Shown piece by piece: positions 30,548 through 40,507 of a DNA stretch of 64,000 bases; positions within the stretch are counted from its first letter, which is position 1; each line of letters begins with the position of its first letter. Below the pieces are notes generated by a model that was given only the letters and a program-made list of their open reading frames with translations, ran no database searches and was not told where the DNA came from. This DNA is from a plasmid: sequence record NZ_CP110904.1, one strand, 5' to 3'. A program made the position numbers and the translations under genes.

Positions 30548-31080
30548 TGAGTTGCGAGCCCGGATGCTGAGGGAACCAGGAGGGACCGGACATCCACGGT
30601 AGCGTCACTCGTGTCGTTGTTATCAGCACCCTGCGTCAGCTCATCGATATACTTCCTAATCTGTCCTGTCTGGTGAAGGTAATAACACAGCTTAAAAGCG
30701 AATTGTGCTCTGTCTTCGGATAACCCACACCTTGAGAAAGCTCTATTCCGAAGATCTTCAGGCGTTTCAGATGTGTACCTCTTTTGGTAGATGCTCATCA
30801 CCTCTGCATGAAGCTCGGCAAACTTCATTTCGTTATTCAGCTTCAAATCATTCTTATAAATCAACCGGGCAGCGTTCAGGTCATTTTTTTCAAGCAAAAT
30901 CCAGCCATAAAGGGTCTCGCTTGCATGTAACCCGTCCAGAACGATCCGGCCAAGTTGATTTGCATAGATGTACTCGTTAAGCAACGTTCTGAGCCGCTCT
31001 TCCAGAAAACCGAGTTTAGTACGTAGCTGTTTCTGGACATTGTCAATCTTGTTATGGATCGCCAGATTCAGCGTGAGCAT
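30544..31080 (-). CDS. hypothetical protein (178 aa)
   Basis: The ORF-track ORF extends to 31143, but its first ~20 codons cross the IS boundary. Likely start MLTLNLAIHNK at ~31080. Confidence 0.4.
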   Translation of the reverse strand: MLTLNLAIHNKIDNVQKQLRTKLGFLEERLRTLLNEYIYANQLGRIVLDGLHASETLYGWILLEKNDLNAARLIYKNDLKLNNEMKFAELHAEVMSIYQKRYTSETPEDLRNRAFSRCGLSEDRAQFAFKLCYYLHQTGQIRKYIDELTQGADNNDTSDATVDVRSLLVPSASGLATQ

Positions 31081-31086
31081 ATAGAA

Positions 31087-31115
31087 GGGGCCCGTTTGGG
31101 AAACGGGAAATATTG
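31087..31115. repeat. Tn3-family-like terminal inverted repeat (left part) GGGGCCCGTTTGGGAAACGGGAAATATTG abutting IS1111-group element
   Basis: Fits the GGGG...ACGG.AAAT pattern of 38-bp Tn21/Tn3 IRs. A similar sequence lies at 33484-33511 beside IS copy 2. Confidence 0.45.
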
Positions 31116-32489
31116 TACTATAAGGACTTCCCCGGCATGTCAAAGCCGGTATTTATGGTTTCTGTCTGCTCTTCAGTAAAAATAAAGGGGAGAGACTGCG
31201 GTACTATAAACGGCCATGATGAATCGTCATCGATTCGGGCCCTGATGAAAGACGCGCGTGAGGTTCTTGTTCGTTAAGCGGATACGTATATCCTGTACAA
31301 TAGCCAGATAGGCCTCACGGGGTCTAACCCTTTATCATCAACGAATTGCAGGTCAGATGGTTATACAGCTTCGAGCTTTAGTTGACTGAGTACAGCCGGA
31401 AATCATCACCGTAATGTAGTGATGCCCAACACAGCCGCGCATTTTTGGCGGCGATGGCCACAACAGCCCGCCAGTACCCTCTGCGCTCAACCAACATACA
31501 AACCCAACGGCTGAATGAGTCAGTCCTTTTCCCGGCGCCAATAAGCACTGAACGAGCCCCCTGAACCAGAAGCGTTCGCAGATACGAATCACCGGCTTTT
31601 GTGATCCTGCCGAGTTTCGACTTTCCCCCGCTGCTGTATTGTGATGGCGTCAGCCCCAGCCAGGCTGCCAGTTGACGTCCATTTTTAAAATCATGTGCAT
31701 TACCGATACTGGCGACCAGTGCACAGGCCGTTGTGGGACCAACGCCCTTTAGCTCCATCAGCCGCTGACTGCGATGATCTGTTTTGGCTATGTGGGACAA
31801 AATTCGGTCATATTCAGTGATGTTAGCTTCAATGCGATCAACGTGTTCCATCAAATCATCAACACATTGCTGAACCTGAAGCGGTAAAGAGCTCTTCTGC
31901 ACAGAAACCATGTGGCGCAGGGCATCAGCACTTTGTGGCGCGATGACACCGAATTCAGATATCAATCCTCGCAGACGATTATACGTTGCTGTTTTCTCTT
32001 CGATAAAACCCTGACGGGTACGATGTAAACACTGCATGGCCTGCTGGCTTTCGTCTTTCACTGGTACGAACCGCATATGCGGACGACGAACAGCTTCACA
32101 GATAGCCTGAGCATCAGCTGCATCATTTTTTCCTGATTTTCCGGCCATACGATAAGGCGATACAAACTTAGCAGCCATCAGACGTGGCTCATGACCATAC
32201 TGCCGAAACAATCTTGCCCAGTAGTGAGCCCCGGAGCATGCTTCCATCCCGATAACACAGGGAGGCAAACTTGCAATTAACTCAGGAAGTGCAGCACGCG
32301 ATACTTTAGGCTTAACCAGAACAGTTCTACCATTTTGATCAACACCGTGAACAGCAAACACATTTTTAGCAAGATCGATACCGACAGTCGTGATAGTCAT
32401 AACGAATTCCTCCGGGACGATGTGTACCCCATGATTGCACAAGAGTTAATCAGGCGCATAATCAGGGGAAGTCCCTTCCATTCGTTAAG
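31116..32489 (-). mobile_element. IS110-family (IS1111 group; IS4321/IS5075-like) insertion sequence, copy 1
   Basis: 340-aa DEDD transposase MTITTVGIDLAKNVFAVHGV.... Element limits are inferred from where similarity to copy 2 begins (TACTATAAGG) and ends (CCATTCGTTAAG). Confidence 0.75.
31378..32400 (-). CDS. IS110-family transposase
   Basis: Start MTITTVGID; the longer ORF-track form (from 32442) adds 14 aa. Confidence 0.85.
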   Translation of the reverse strand: MTITTVGIDLAKNVFAVHGVDQNGRTVLVKPKVSRAALPELIASLPPCVIGMEACSGAHYWARLFRQYGHEPRLMAAKFVSPYRMAGKSGKNDAADAQAICEAVRRPHMRFVPVKDESQQAMQCLHRTRQGFIEEKTATYNRLRGLISEFGVIAPQSADALRHMVSVQKSSLPLQVQQCVDDLMEHVDRIEANITEYDRILSHIAKTDHRSQRLMELKGVGPTTACALVASIGNAHDFKNGRQLAAWLGLTPSQYSSGGKSKLGRITKAGDSYLRTLLVQGARSVLIGAGKRTDSFSRWVCMLVERRGYWRAVVAIAAKNARLCWASLHYGDDFRLYSVN

Positions 32490-32652
32490 GCGAACATTTG
32501 TACTGCCGAAGGGCAGGCAGGAACCAAAGTGGTATAGACGGGATAGCTGTAACTATTGAAATAGTGGGTGCGAGATTGTCTGACTGGTTTTACATCTGCT
32601 TCGGAGAACTTAGTGCAACGCCCCGGCGACTGCCGGGACGAATACGCAAGGG

Positions 32653-33483
32653 TTATTGCATAATCCCTGACCAGCCGTGATAGCCCATATAAATTCCCAC
32701 CAGGGCAATCAGCACGCTGGAGAAATAGGGAGCCCGACGCGCCAGGGTATCAAATCCACGCCAGCGCTTTGTGGCCTGTCGCACACTGTAGGCCGCTGCG
32801 GCACCCACCGTGACCAGCGTGATTGCCAGGCCAATACTGAAGCATAAAACCAGCGCGGCCCCGAGTGAAAACTCTTTCACCTGAATACAAAGCAGAAGGA
32901 CCGTAATGGCAGCCGGACACGGGATCAGCCCGCCTGTCAGCCCAAACAGGATTATCTGACCGGTGGTCACATTCCGGTTGGCGAAGCGTTTTTTAATATC
33001 GTTAGCATGGGCTTTTTCATGCGCATCCTGGAATTCCTTTGAGGAGGCATCCAGTCCTTTGAGCGCTGAATGTTCGTGTTCGTGTTCATGAAATGTCACG
33101 TCGTAGTCATGAACATGACCGCGATGACCTAACGTCAGACGAACCTCAAAGCTGTGCGGCTCCGGGATAGCCTGTGTGGACTCCATGAAGCCGTCTTTCT
33201 CGACAAAATCGAAGACCTGCGAAAAGGTGCCTTTACCCCGGTTTGTCACCAGTGAGACATCCCGGGTTTGCCAGTTCTGACCGCTCAGGGTACGAAAACG
33301 CCAGTGCGGCAGCTGGCCTTCTTCAAAAATAGAGAGTTCGACTTTACCGTGGCCGGTATCAATAATCCGCGTTTCGTCATGCTCATGATGCCCGTGCGCA
33401 TGTTCTTCTTCCTGCTCCAGTTTCCACAGACGTTCACCGCTCCATGTCCGCCAGAACATCCATGCCGCAGTGCCGAGAATAAC
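32653..33483 (-). pseudogene. rcnA: nickel/cobalt efflux RcnA, N-terminally truncated
   Basis: AWMFWRTW...His-rich loop...ILFGLTGGLIPCPAAITVLL matches the RcnA C-terminal two-thirds. The N-terminal ~95 codons are replaced by IR-like sequence plus IS copy 2. Confidence 0.7.
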
Positions 33484-33511
33484 GGGTCCGCTTGGAAAAA
33501 GGAAATTATCC
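33484..33511. repeat. Tn3-family-like IR-like sequence GGGTCCGCTTGGAAAAAGGAAATTATCC abutting IS copy 2
   Basis: Homologous to the sequence at 31087-31115 in the same position relative to the IS end. Confidence 0.45.
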
Positions 33512-34883
33512 TACTATAAGGGCTTCCCCGAACAGTCAACGCCGGTTTTTAATTTCTGTCTGTTCATCAATGAAAGGCAAGGGATAAGACTGCGCTACTA
33601 TAAACGGTCATGCTGAATCGCTAGTGATTCGGACCCTGATGAAAGACGCTCGTGAGATCCTCCTTCGTTAATCGGATAGTGATATCCAGTAGGATATGCA
33701 GATACTTCTCACGGGGGTCTAACCCTTTACCATCAACAATTTACAGTTCAGTTACTACTCAGTTAAATTTTTCATGTTGTTGAATACAGTCTGAAGTCAT
33801 CGCCGTAATGTAATGATGCCCAGCACAACCTCGCATTCTTGGCGGCGATTGCAACGACAGCACGCCAGTATCCCCGCCTACCAATCAACGAGCAGACCCA
33901 ACGGCTAAACGGGTCCGTTCTATTCTCTGCCCCTACCATTACAGAACGGGCTCCCTGGACCAGTAGGGTTCGCAGATAGGCATCACCCGCTTTTGTTATC
34001 CTGCCAAGCTTTGATTTTCCGCCACTACTGTATTGTGATGGCGTTAGCCCCAACCAGGCTGCCAGTTGGCGCCCGTTCTTAAAATCATGGGCATTGCCAA
34101 TACTGGCGACCAGCGCACTCGCTGTGGTGGGCCCAACACCTTTCAGTTCCATTAACTGCTGGCTGCGATGATCTGTTTTGGCCACACGAGATAATACCCT
34201 GTCATATTCGGCGATTTTCTCTTCAATATTAGTGACATGTGTCAATAGATCATCAATGCACAGCCTAACCTGTACTGGCAGAGTTTCCTTCTGGTCAGAA
34301 ACAACATGACGCAGAGCATCAGTGCTTTGTGGGGCAATAACCCCGAATTCAGATATCAGGCCCCGAAGACGGTTATACGTTGCTGTTCTTTCCTGGATAA
34401 ATCCCTGTCTTGTCCGATGTAAGCATTGCATTGCCTGCTGGCTTTCGTCTTTGACTGGTACAAAGCGCATATGCGGCCGCTGCACTGCCTCACAAATAGC
34501 TATTGCATCAGCTGCATCATTTTTCCCGGTCTTACCCGCCATGCGATAGGGTGAGACAAATTTCGGAGCCATCAACCGGACATCATGGCCATACTGCCTG
34601 AATAATCTTGCCCAATAGTGGGCACCCGAGCAGGCTTCCATTCCAATGACACAGGGAGGTAAACCTGCGATGAGTTCAGAAAGTGCTGCACGCGACACCT
34701 TGGGTTTAACCAGAACAGCTTTACCATTTTGGTCAATGCAGTGAACAGCAAACACATTTTTAGCAAGATCGATACCGACAGTGGTGATGGTCATAACGAA
34801 TCCCTCTGGGTCAATGTTTATCCTATGATTGCACGAAAGTTAATCAGGCGCATATCTAGGGGAAGTCCCTTCCATTCGTTAAG
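33512..34883 (-). mobile_element. IS110-family (IS1111 group) insertion sequence, copy 2 (~80-85% identical to copy 1)
   Basis: Transposase at 33772-34794. Ends were assigned as for copy 1. Confidence 0.75.
33772..34794 (-). CDS. IS110-family transposase
   Basis: 340 aa, MTITTVGIDLAKNVFAVHCIDQNGKAV.... Confidence 0.85.
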   Translation of the reverse strand: MTITTVGIDLAKNVFAVHCIDQNGKAVLVKPKVSRAALSELIAGLPPCVIGMEACSGAHYWARLFRQYGHDVRLMAPKFVSPYRMAGKTGKNDAADAIAICEAVQRPHMRFVPVKDESQQAMQCLHRTRQGFIQERTATYNRLRGLISEFGVIAPQSTDALRHVVSDQKETLPVQVRLCIDDLLTHVTNIEEKIAEYDRVLSRVAKTDHRSQQLMELKGVGPTTASALVASIGNAHDFKNGRQLAAWLGLTPSQYSSGGKSKLGRITKAGDAYLRTLLVQGARSVMVGAENRTDPFSRWVCSLIGRRGYWRAVVAIAAKNARLCWASLHYGDDFRLYSTT

Positions 34884-34888
34884 CGTTT

Positions 34889-34928
34889 TAAGCTAACGGG
34901 TGATTTCGTTCCATTGAGCGCGAACCCC
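34889..34928. repeat. inverted Tn3/Tn1000-like IR (…GATTTCGTTCCATTGAGCGCGAACCCC) immediately after IS copy 2
   Basis: Reverse complement GGGGTTCGCGCTCAATGGAACGAAATCACCCGTTAGC resembles Tn3-family IRs and faces the IR-like sequence at 33484. Confidence 0.4.
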
Positions 34929-35079
34929 TGACCGTAAGGGATGTACGAAATGATCCGGCTGTCCGTTAATGGTTTTGCTTACTTTCGGACATGTTGTCTA
35001 CATGCTGTACGTAATCGTTCGGTTTCGGACGTTTAAGTCACATGCACGTTAACTGTCGGTATTCATCGCCTCACTAGTA

Positions 35080-35448
35080 CTACTCTGCTAGTTCATCATG
35101 TTCTTCGAGAGCATATTCAAAATCGGCAACAAGCAAGAAATTTTCTATCCTATAAGCCTGATTTAACTTAATTCGTTGGTATCTTTCGTTCAATAATCGC
35201 CATGCTGTTTTCCGTAGTACCATCGGTACGGATTCATCTTTTAAAGTACGCATGAGCACAGAACAGGTTGTCAGAAAAGCAGCGTCCTTACGTTTTCGGT
35301 AATACGCATCAGTCGAACAAACCGCAATGATCTCGATTGATTCAGGGTGATGACAGATAGCATTAACCGTAGTTTGTTCATGTATCTGTGCCTTGAGTTC
35401 AGCCTGAATTTTTGATTGATGATACATAGCCTTGAGATAGCTAAACAT
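35080..35448 (-). CDS. hypothetical protein
   Basis: 122-aa ORF in an AT-rich segment. Confidence 0.35.
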   Translation of the reverse strand: MFSYLKAMYHQSKIQAELKAQIHEQTTVNAICHHPESIEIIAVCSTDAYYRKRKDAAFLTTCSVLMRTLKDESVPMVLRKTAWRLLNERYQRIKLNQAYRIENFLLVADFEYALEEHDELAE

Positions 35449-35638
35449 GATTTCCCCATCAAACAGTAAGTCGTGTCAATTCCTAGAGTTAACACATTTC
35501 TGATCATGACTCACACGTTACGTTCAGTCGGTAGCCATCTGTGCAAAAAATGCGCTTAGCGTAGGATAATTTCCTTTTTCCAAGCGGACCCCAGGTTGAG
35601 CTGATACACTCTCATAAGACATAAATAATGGTACAAAA

Positions 35639-36085
35639 ATGAAAAATAAGGCATCCGTTGTTTTTATAATCAAGCTATCGCTATCAGCCTTTTCTGCTTA
35701 CGCTGATTCAGATATTCCATTAAGAATAGAAACAAAACTTGAAAGCTGTCTTAGCGCTGCACCAGCAGCGGTTTACATGGATGATTGTTATGAAACATCA
35801 ATAAAGGATTACTCTCGATATCAGTCAGATCTCGAGAGTGCGATTAACTATAATCTTGATATAAAAAATAAAAATAAACTTATTTCTGAATTAAAATCTG
35901 ACTTCACATGCAGTGATACGATATCAGAATCAATAATGCTTAATGAGGGATCGATGTGGCCTAGGCAGGCAATGAGATTTTGTTCATCAACCAAAGGGCT
36001 TGCTCTAAAGAAATGGTTGGATTACTACCAGTTAATGAAAGAGACGAGTCACTATCATAAGGTGGCAAATACATATCTTGATTGA
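35639..36085 (+). CDS. hypothetical secreted protein (signal peptide; conserved Cys pairs)
   Basis: N-terminus MKNKASVVFIIKLSLSAFSAYA is a signal peptide. Confidence 0.45.
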   Translation: MKNKASVVFIIKLSLSAFSAYADSDIPLRIETKLESCLSAAPAAVYMDDCYETSIKDYSRYQSDLESAINYNLDIKNKNKLISELKSDFTCSDTISESIMLNEGSMWPRQAMRFCSSTKGLALKKWLDYYQLMKETSHYHKVANTYLD

Positions 36086-36214
36086 CATATATAAAGCATG
36101 TCAATCAATTAATTAATTATGCCATAAAAACGCATAAAGCGTAACGCTGAAGCTGCCTACGCAAACCTGTCTGTAACAGCATTGAATGGCGTTGATAGCT
36201 TTATTTATTTTAGA

Positions 36215-36634
36215 TTAACGCCGTTTTCCAGCAAAAGCAGAACCACTGACACAGTGATCAAGTAGGTCTTTTTTCCGTTTCTTTGCTTTATCTAAAGCAA
36301 TATCCTTACAAAATCGACAGAGTTTTATTTCGCTACCATCTGAATATTTATAAATCCAATTATCAATATGATATACATGGCACTTATCACATTTTCCCGA
36401 ACCAGGAGCTTTTGCACCTCTAGAAGAAATCATTGTAACTTTTTGTTTTTTATTTTTTGTTTTCTTAACGCATTCGTTTTTTTTCTGTAACTGACCACTT
36501 CTATTCAAGTTTTTTACCGAGGCATCATTACTGATAGATATCAATTTCCAGTTATGAAACTTAACAAGATGGTCGAATAGCTCGCATTCGCTAACTTTTA
36601 ATGTACAAACCCCGCAAACTACATATCTATTCAT
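36215..36634 (-). CDS. hypothetical Cys-rich (zinc-ribbon-like) protein
   Basis: Several CxxC pairs (CGVC, CDKC, CRFC) and a Lys-rich C-terminus. Confidence 0.4.
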   Translation of the reverse strand: MNRYVVCGVCTLKVSECELFDHLVKFHNWKLISISNDASVKNLNRSGQLQKKNECVKKTKNKKQKVTMISSRGAKAPGSGKCDKCHVYHIDNWIYKYSDGSEIKLCRFCKDIALDKAKKRKKDLLDHCVSGSAFAGKRR

Positions 36635-36728
36635 GAGTTATTACACCCCAGAATAAAATCCCCGCCTTAAATATTAACCATAACATCTTTTTCACACAAG
36701 ATCGTTTATGTTAAATAAGACATTTTTG

Positions 36729-37437
36729 GGTGATGCTGCCAACTTACTGATTTAGTGTATGATGGTGTTTTTGAGGTGCTCCAGTGGCTTCTGTTTCTAT
36801 CAGCTGTCCCTCCTGTTCAGCTACTGACGGGGTGGTGCGTAACGGCAAAAGCACTGCCGGACATCAGCGCTATCTCTGCTCTCACTGCCGTAAAACATGG
36901 CAACTGCAGTTCACTTACACCGCTTCTCAACCCGGTACGCACCAGAAAATCATTGATATGGCCATGAATGGCGTTGGATGCCGGGCAACCGCCCGCATTA
37001 TGGGCGTTGGCCTCAACACGATTTTCCGCCATTTAAAAAACTCAGGCCGCAGTCGGTAACCTCGCGCATACAGCCGGGCAGTGACGTCATCGTCTGCGCG
37101 GAAATGGACGAACAGTGGGGCTATGTCGGGGCTAAATCGCGCCAGCGCTGGCTGTTTTACGCGTATGACAGGCTCCGGAAGACGGTTGTTGCGCACGTAT
37201 TCGGTGAACGCACTATGGCGACGCTGGGGCGTCTTATGAGCCTGCTGTCACCCTTTGACGTGGTGATATGGATGACGGATGGCTGGCCGCTGTATGAATC
37301 CCGCCTGAAGGGAAAGCTGCACGTAATCAGCAAGCGATATACGCAGCGAATTGAGCGGCATAACCTGAATCTGAGACAGCACCTGGCACGGCTGGGACGG
37401 AAGTCGCTGTCGTTCTCAAAATCGGTGGAGCTGCATG
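36729..37437 (+). mobile_element. IS1, 3'-truncated by a Tn21-type inverted repeat
   Basis: IRL GGTGATGCTGCCAACTTACTG at 36729 with insA intact. The IS1 sequence stops at ...GGTGGAGCTGCATG and the 38-bp IR begins there. Confidence 0.9.
36784..37059 (+). CDS. insA: IS1 InsA
   Basis: Identical to the other insA copies. Confidence 0.9.
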   Translation: MASVSISCPSCSATDGVVRNGKSTAGHQRYLCSHCRKTWQLQFTYTASQPGTHQKIIDMAMNGVGCRATARIMGVGLNTIFRHLKNSGRSR

Positions 37438-37463
37438 GGGTCGTCTCAGAAAACGGAAAATAA
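36978..37463 (+). pseudogene. insB: IS1 InsB, C-terminally truncated and fused to IR sequence
   Basis: Ends ...[12 protein letters not shown] instead of ...[18 protein letters not shown]. Confidence 0.8.
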
Positions 37464-37474
37464 AGCACGCTAAG
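37437..37474. repeat. 38-bp Tn21-family terminal inverted repeat GGGGTCGTCTCAGAAAACGGAAAATAAAGCACGCTAAG
   Basis: Identical to the IR at 40716-40753 and in the same orientation. Confidence 0.85.
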
Positions 37475-38027
37475 CGTGCGTGGAGGCTGGCACCCAGCGG
37501 TACAGCGTCGGAATGGACACGCCGAGGTTCTTGGCCACGTCCTTGGGCGGCACCCCGCTGGCCAGCAGCTTCTTGGCCGACTCGATCTTGCTGTCGGTCA
37601 TCTTCGGCTTGCGGCCGCCTTTGCGGCCGAGCTGCTTGGCGACTTCCAGCCCGGCGCGGGTGCGCTCGACGGTCAGCTCGCGCTCCATTTCGGCAAGGCT
37701 CGCCATGACGTGGAAGAAGAACCGCCCGGATGGTGTGCCGGTGTCGATGGAGTCGGTGAGGCTCCTGAACTGGACACCGTGCTTGTGCAGATCGCCGACC
37801 AGATCGACCAGTTGCTTGACCGACCGGCCCAGCCGGTCGAGCTTCCAGACGACCAAAGTATCGCCTTCGCGCAGCATTTCGAGCGTCTTGGCCAAGCCAG
37901 GCCGGTCTGCCCGCGTGCCACTCACCTTGTCCTCGAAGACCTTTTTACATCCGGCCTTGCTCAAGGCTTCGCGTTGCAGCTCCAGGTTCTGATCCTGCGT
38001 CGAGACGCGCGCATAGCCAATCAACAT
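37470..38027 (-). CDS. serine recombinase (Hin/Gin/resolvase family)
   Basis: 185 aa with catalytic Ser (GYARVSTQDQNL), LVVWKLDRLGRS, GRFFFHVM.LAEMERE and a C-terminal HTH. Its stop lies inside the IR. Confidence 0.8.
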   Translation of the reverse strand: MLIGYARVSTQDQNLELQREALSKAGCKKVFEDKVSGTRADRPGLAKTLEMLREGDTLVVWKLDRLGRSVKQLVDLVGDLHKHGVQFRSLTDSIDTGTPSGRFFFHVMASLAEMERELTVERTRAGLEVAKQLGRKGGRKPKMTDSKIESAKKLLASGVPPKDVAKNLGVSIPTLYRWVPASTHA

Positions 38028-38392
38028 GGCTTGTCTCGCGCCCGGTCGATGCGTTCCTGCATCGCCTGCATCACTTCTTCGTGGGTGTACGATCTGGCGT
38101 TGGCGTCGGTGGCTTGCCGCAGGGCTTCCTCAACCTCGCGCGTCATCCGTTCGTAATCCTCCGGCCACAGCGCTTGCTCCATGCGCAGCGACGCCTGACC
38201 CAGCAGGTGCAGCAGGCTGAACAGCCGCATGTCGTTGGTGGCGACGATGCGCTCCCGAATCTGCTCCTGAATAGCTTCGCTAGCCCGATGCGCTTGTGGT
38301 GTGGCAGTCCCCTCGTAGTCAGCGGGGAATTCCGCTTCCTCGGCAATCCTTGCCCAGGCGCTGGCCAGCGCCTCGATGGTTGACGTGCTCAT
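38021..38392 (-). CDS. hypothetical protein
   Basis: Start MSTSTIEALAS; 4-bp overlaps with both flanking genes (operon-like). Confidence 0.4.
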   Translation of the reverse strand: MSTSTIEALASAWARIAEEAEFPADYEGTATPQAHRASEAIQEQIRERIVATNDMRLFSLLHLLGQASLRMEQALWPEDYERMTREVEEALRQATDANARSYTHEEVMQAMQERIDRARDKPC

Positions 38393-38889
38393 TTCCGCCG
38401 CTCCTGTGCTCTTTGGCGAATCAACCGGCCAAGGGGCCTCGACGCGAAAACCAGCAGCATCACGCCTATCGGATACCAGGTCGAGAAGACCACCAAGGCA
38501 TCGAAGGCTGGCCGTCCGGTGTTGGTAGGCAGTACGGCGGTCACAGCCATCAACCCGCCGACCGTCCAGATGATGCGCCACACGTAGGGCATCACGCGGG
38601 GCACGTAGCCGTCATCGAAAGCGGTCTGGTAGTAGCGGCGCAGGCCGTGCTCGGCAAGCGCCTGGCGCTGCCGCTCCGACAGCGCATCCGTCCGGCCATA
38701 CCAGCGCCGGAATGGTGGACAGCGCAGCAGCAAAGGGGTGAAGAGGATCATCACCGCCACGATCGCGACACCCCACGCCATGACGGCGCCGGCATCGGGC
38801 CGCTTGGCGTTCTCGATCACGGGCGCGAAGACGCCCGGAGCACCGATCATCCAGAACAGCGCAATGTGCTGATGGAAGGAGAGCTTCAT
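38389..38889 (-). CDS. hypothetical membrane protein
   Basis: Hydrophobic helices (LFWMIGAPGVFAPVI, VAIVAVMILFTPLLL, IIWTVGGLMAVTAVL). Confidence 0.4.
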   Translation of the reverse strand: MKLSFHQHIALFWMIGAPGVFAPVIENAKRPDAGAVMAWGVAIVAVMILFTPLLLRCPPFRRWYGRTDALSERQRQALAEHGLRRYYQTAFDDGYVPRVMPYVWRIIWTVGGLMAVTAVLPTNTGRPAFDALVVFSTWYPIGVMLLVFASRPLGRLIRQRAQERRK

Positions 38890-39212
38890 TTGCTCATCCA
38901 CTTGCGCAGCAGGCGCTTTTTCAGGGAGGCGCGTTCTTGCGGGTTGCGTCCCTTGTGATTGGCGATGCGATCCGCCGTGGCGGCCTGGCGCTTGACGGGC
39001 CAGTAGGAGCGGCCATCCTTGCCCATCGACCAGACGCTGCTGGCCTGGTTTTCCAGCAGGGGCAGATGGGCGCTCAGGGCTTCGGGCGACGCGCTGGTCA
39101 GCGCCGTGCGCTCACGGGTGCGCCAGCGCTGATGCCAGAGCTTCTTGTCCTCGCGCTCGCTGCCGCAGGTCGTGTGCCCGACGATGGGTGTTTTGCGGCG
39201 GCTGCGGCTCAT
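38886..39212 (-). CDS. hypothetical basic protein
   Basis: 108-aa ORF in the operon-like series. Confidence 0.35.
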   Translation of the reverse strand: MSRSRRKTPIVGHTTCGSEREDKKLWHQRWRTRERTALTSASPEALSAHLPLLENQASSVWSMGKDGRSYWPVKRQAATADRIANHKGRNPQERASLKKRLLRKWMSK

Positions 39213-39466
39213 AACGTAGTGGTCTCCAAGAACATTCAGGACTGATCCCAGGCGTCGATGGTCAAGACCTGATCGGCAGGACAGGCGGCTACGCGGTCGG
39301 GAACTGGATGGTGTTCAGTCTCATGCCGACCCCATTCGATTGATCGCGTCGCTTGCGGCACGCTGCGACGCAAGGAGGTTTGCGACCTGGTTTAGCAGCC
39401 GTGTCCGCTGCATGTCTGTTACCTATCTCCCCGACCGCTCATTGGACCAACTCCAGAGATTGGGCT

Positions 39467-39823
39467 CTATCGCTCAGCCAATACGAAACCGGCATTGGCT
39501 GATGCCACAACCGAGACTAACACAAATGGCTCGGTACCTGTATTTCGCGCCCCGTGCACTTGGCCCGGTCTTGCCACGGCTATCTCACCTTCCCTGAGGG
39601 CACGAACAATCCCATTGCCCTGAAAGTAATCAGCCATTCCCGACAAAACAGTCCACGTGTCTTGGCCGTGAGGATGAATGTGAGCCGCAATTTCCTGCCC
39701 GGGATGGACATGCCAAACCACGATAATTGAGTCTCGGGTTTCAAGCACAACGGAACGAATAGGCTCGCCTTCGGACGGCTGAACATACTCGGCTACAGAA
39801 AATATTCTCGATTCAACAGTCAT
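39467..39823 (-). CDS. cupin-domain protein
   Basis: MTVESR... with the two His-containing cupin motifs (HVHPGQEIAAHIHPHG...GQVHGARN). GAGGGA SD. Confidence 0.5.
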   Translation of the reverse strand: MTVESRIFSVAEYVQPSEGEPIRSVVLETRDSIIVVWHVHPGQEIAAHIHPHGQDTWTVLSGMADYFQGNGIVRALREGEIAVARPGQVHGARNTGTEPFVLVSVVASANAGFVLAER

Positions 39824-40214
39824 CGGAGATCCCTCTTTCACAGTTGTCGTTACGGTCTTCATCGTCGGCATCCTGACGCACGGCGGGCAATTGCTGGAGC
39901 AACGCCGGCAGCCATTCCTGTACCGTCTCCCACACCACATCGAGGTTGATGTCGAAATAGCCGTGAGCCATGCGATTACGCATATTGCGCATGCTGCGCC
40001 ACGGCACGTCGGCATGCGCCTGGGTGAACTCGACGTAGCCATCCATCACCTTTGTGGCCGCCTCGCCGATGACGATCAGGCTCATGATGACGGCCTGCTG
40101 GGTGCGCTTGTCGGCCAAGAAGTCGTCCTTGGCCATCCCTTCCACGAAGCTGCGCGCATCGGTTGCGGCCTGCTGAATGTGGTCGAGGTAATCGGGCAGG
40201 CGGTTCTCGCTCAT
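39813..40214 (-). CDS. hepT: HepT-like (DUF86/HEPN) toxin
   Basis: 133 aa with the R-x4-HxY motif (RNRMAHGYFDIN). Overlaps the upstream MNT gene by 4 bp. Confidence 0.7.
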   Translation of the reverse strand: MSENRLPDYLDHIQQAATDARSFVEGMAKDDFLADKRTQQAVIMSLIVIGEAATKVMDGYVEFTQAHADVPWRSMRNMRNRMAHGYFDINLDVVWETVQEWLPALLQQLPAVRQDADDEDRNDNCERGISDDC

Positions 40215-40507
40215 ATCGGTTGCGCCTCCGCGAGCACCTTGGCCCGGAACTTCGGCGGCAGGTCGCCGGGAGTCAGCAGATCGACGTCAACGCCGAGCAG
40301 CGATTTCAGTTCTTCTTCCAAATCGCCCAAGTCCAACAACGTGGCACCGGGCAGCGCATCGACCAACAGGTCGAGGTCGCTGCCATCCCGGTCGGTGCCA
40401 TGCAGCACCGAGCCGAAGACGCGCGGGTTCGCGGCGCGAAAGCGGCCTACCGCTTCACGCACTGCGCTTCGCTTCATGTCAAGCACAACAGACGGTCGCA
40501 TGCGCAT
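40211..40507 (-). CDS. mntA: MntA-like minimal nucleotidyltransferase antitoxin
   Basis: 98 aa with GSVLHGTDRDGSDLDLLVD, the GSx9-13DxD NTase motif. Confidence 0.7.
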   Translation of the reverse strand: MRMRPSVVLDMKRSAVREAVGRFRAANPRVFGSVLHGTDRDGSDLDLLVDALPGATLLDLGDLEEELKSLLGVDVDLLTPGDLPPKFRAKVLAEAQPI

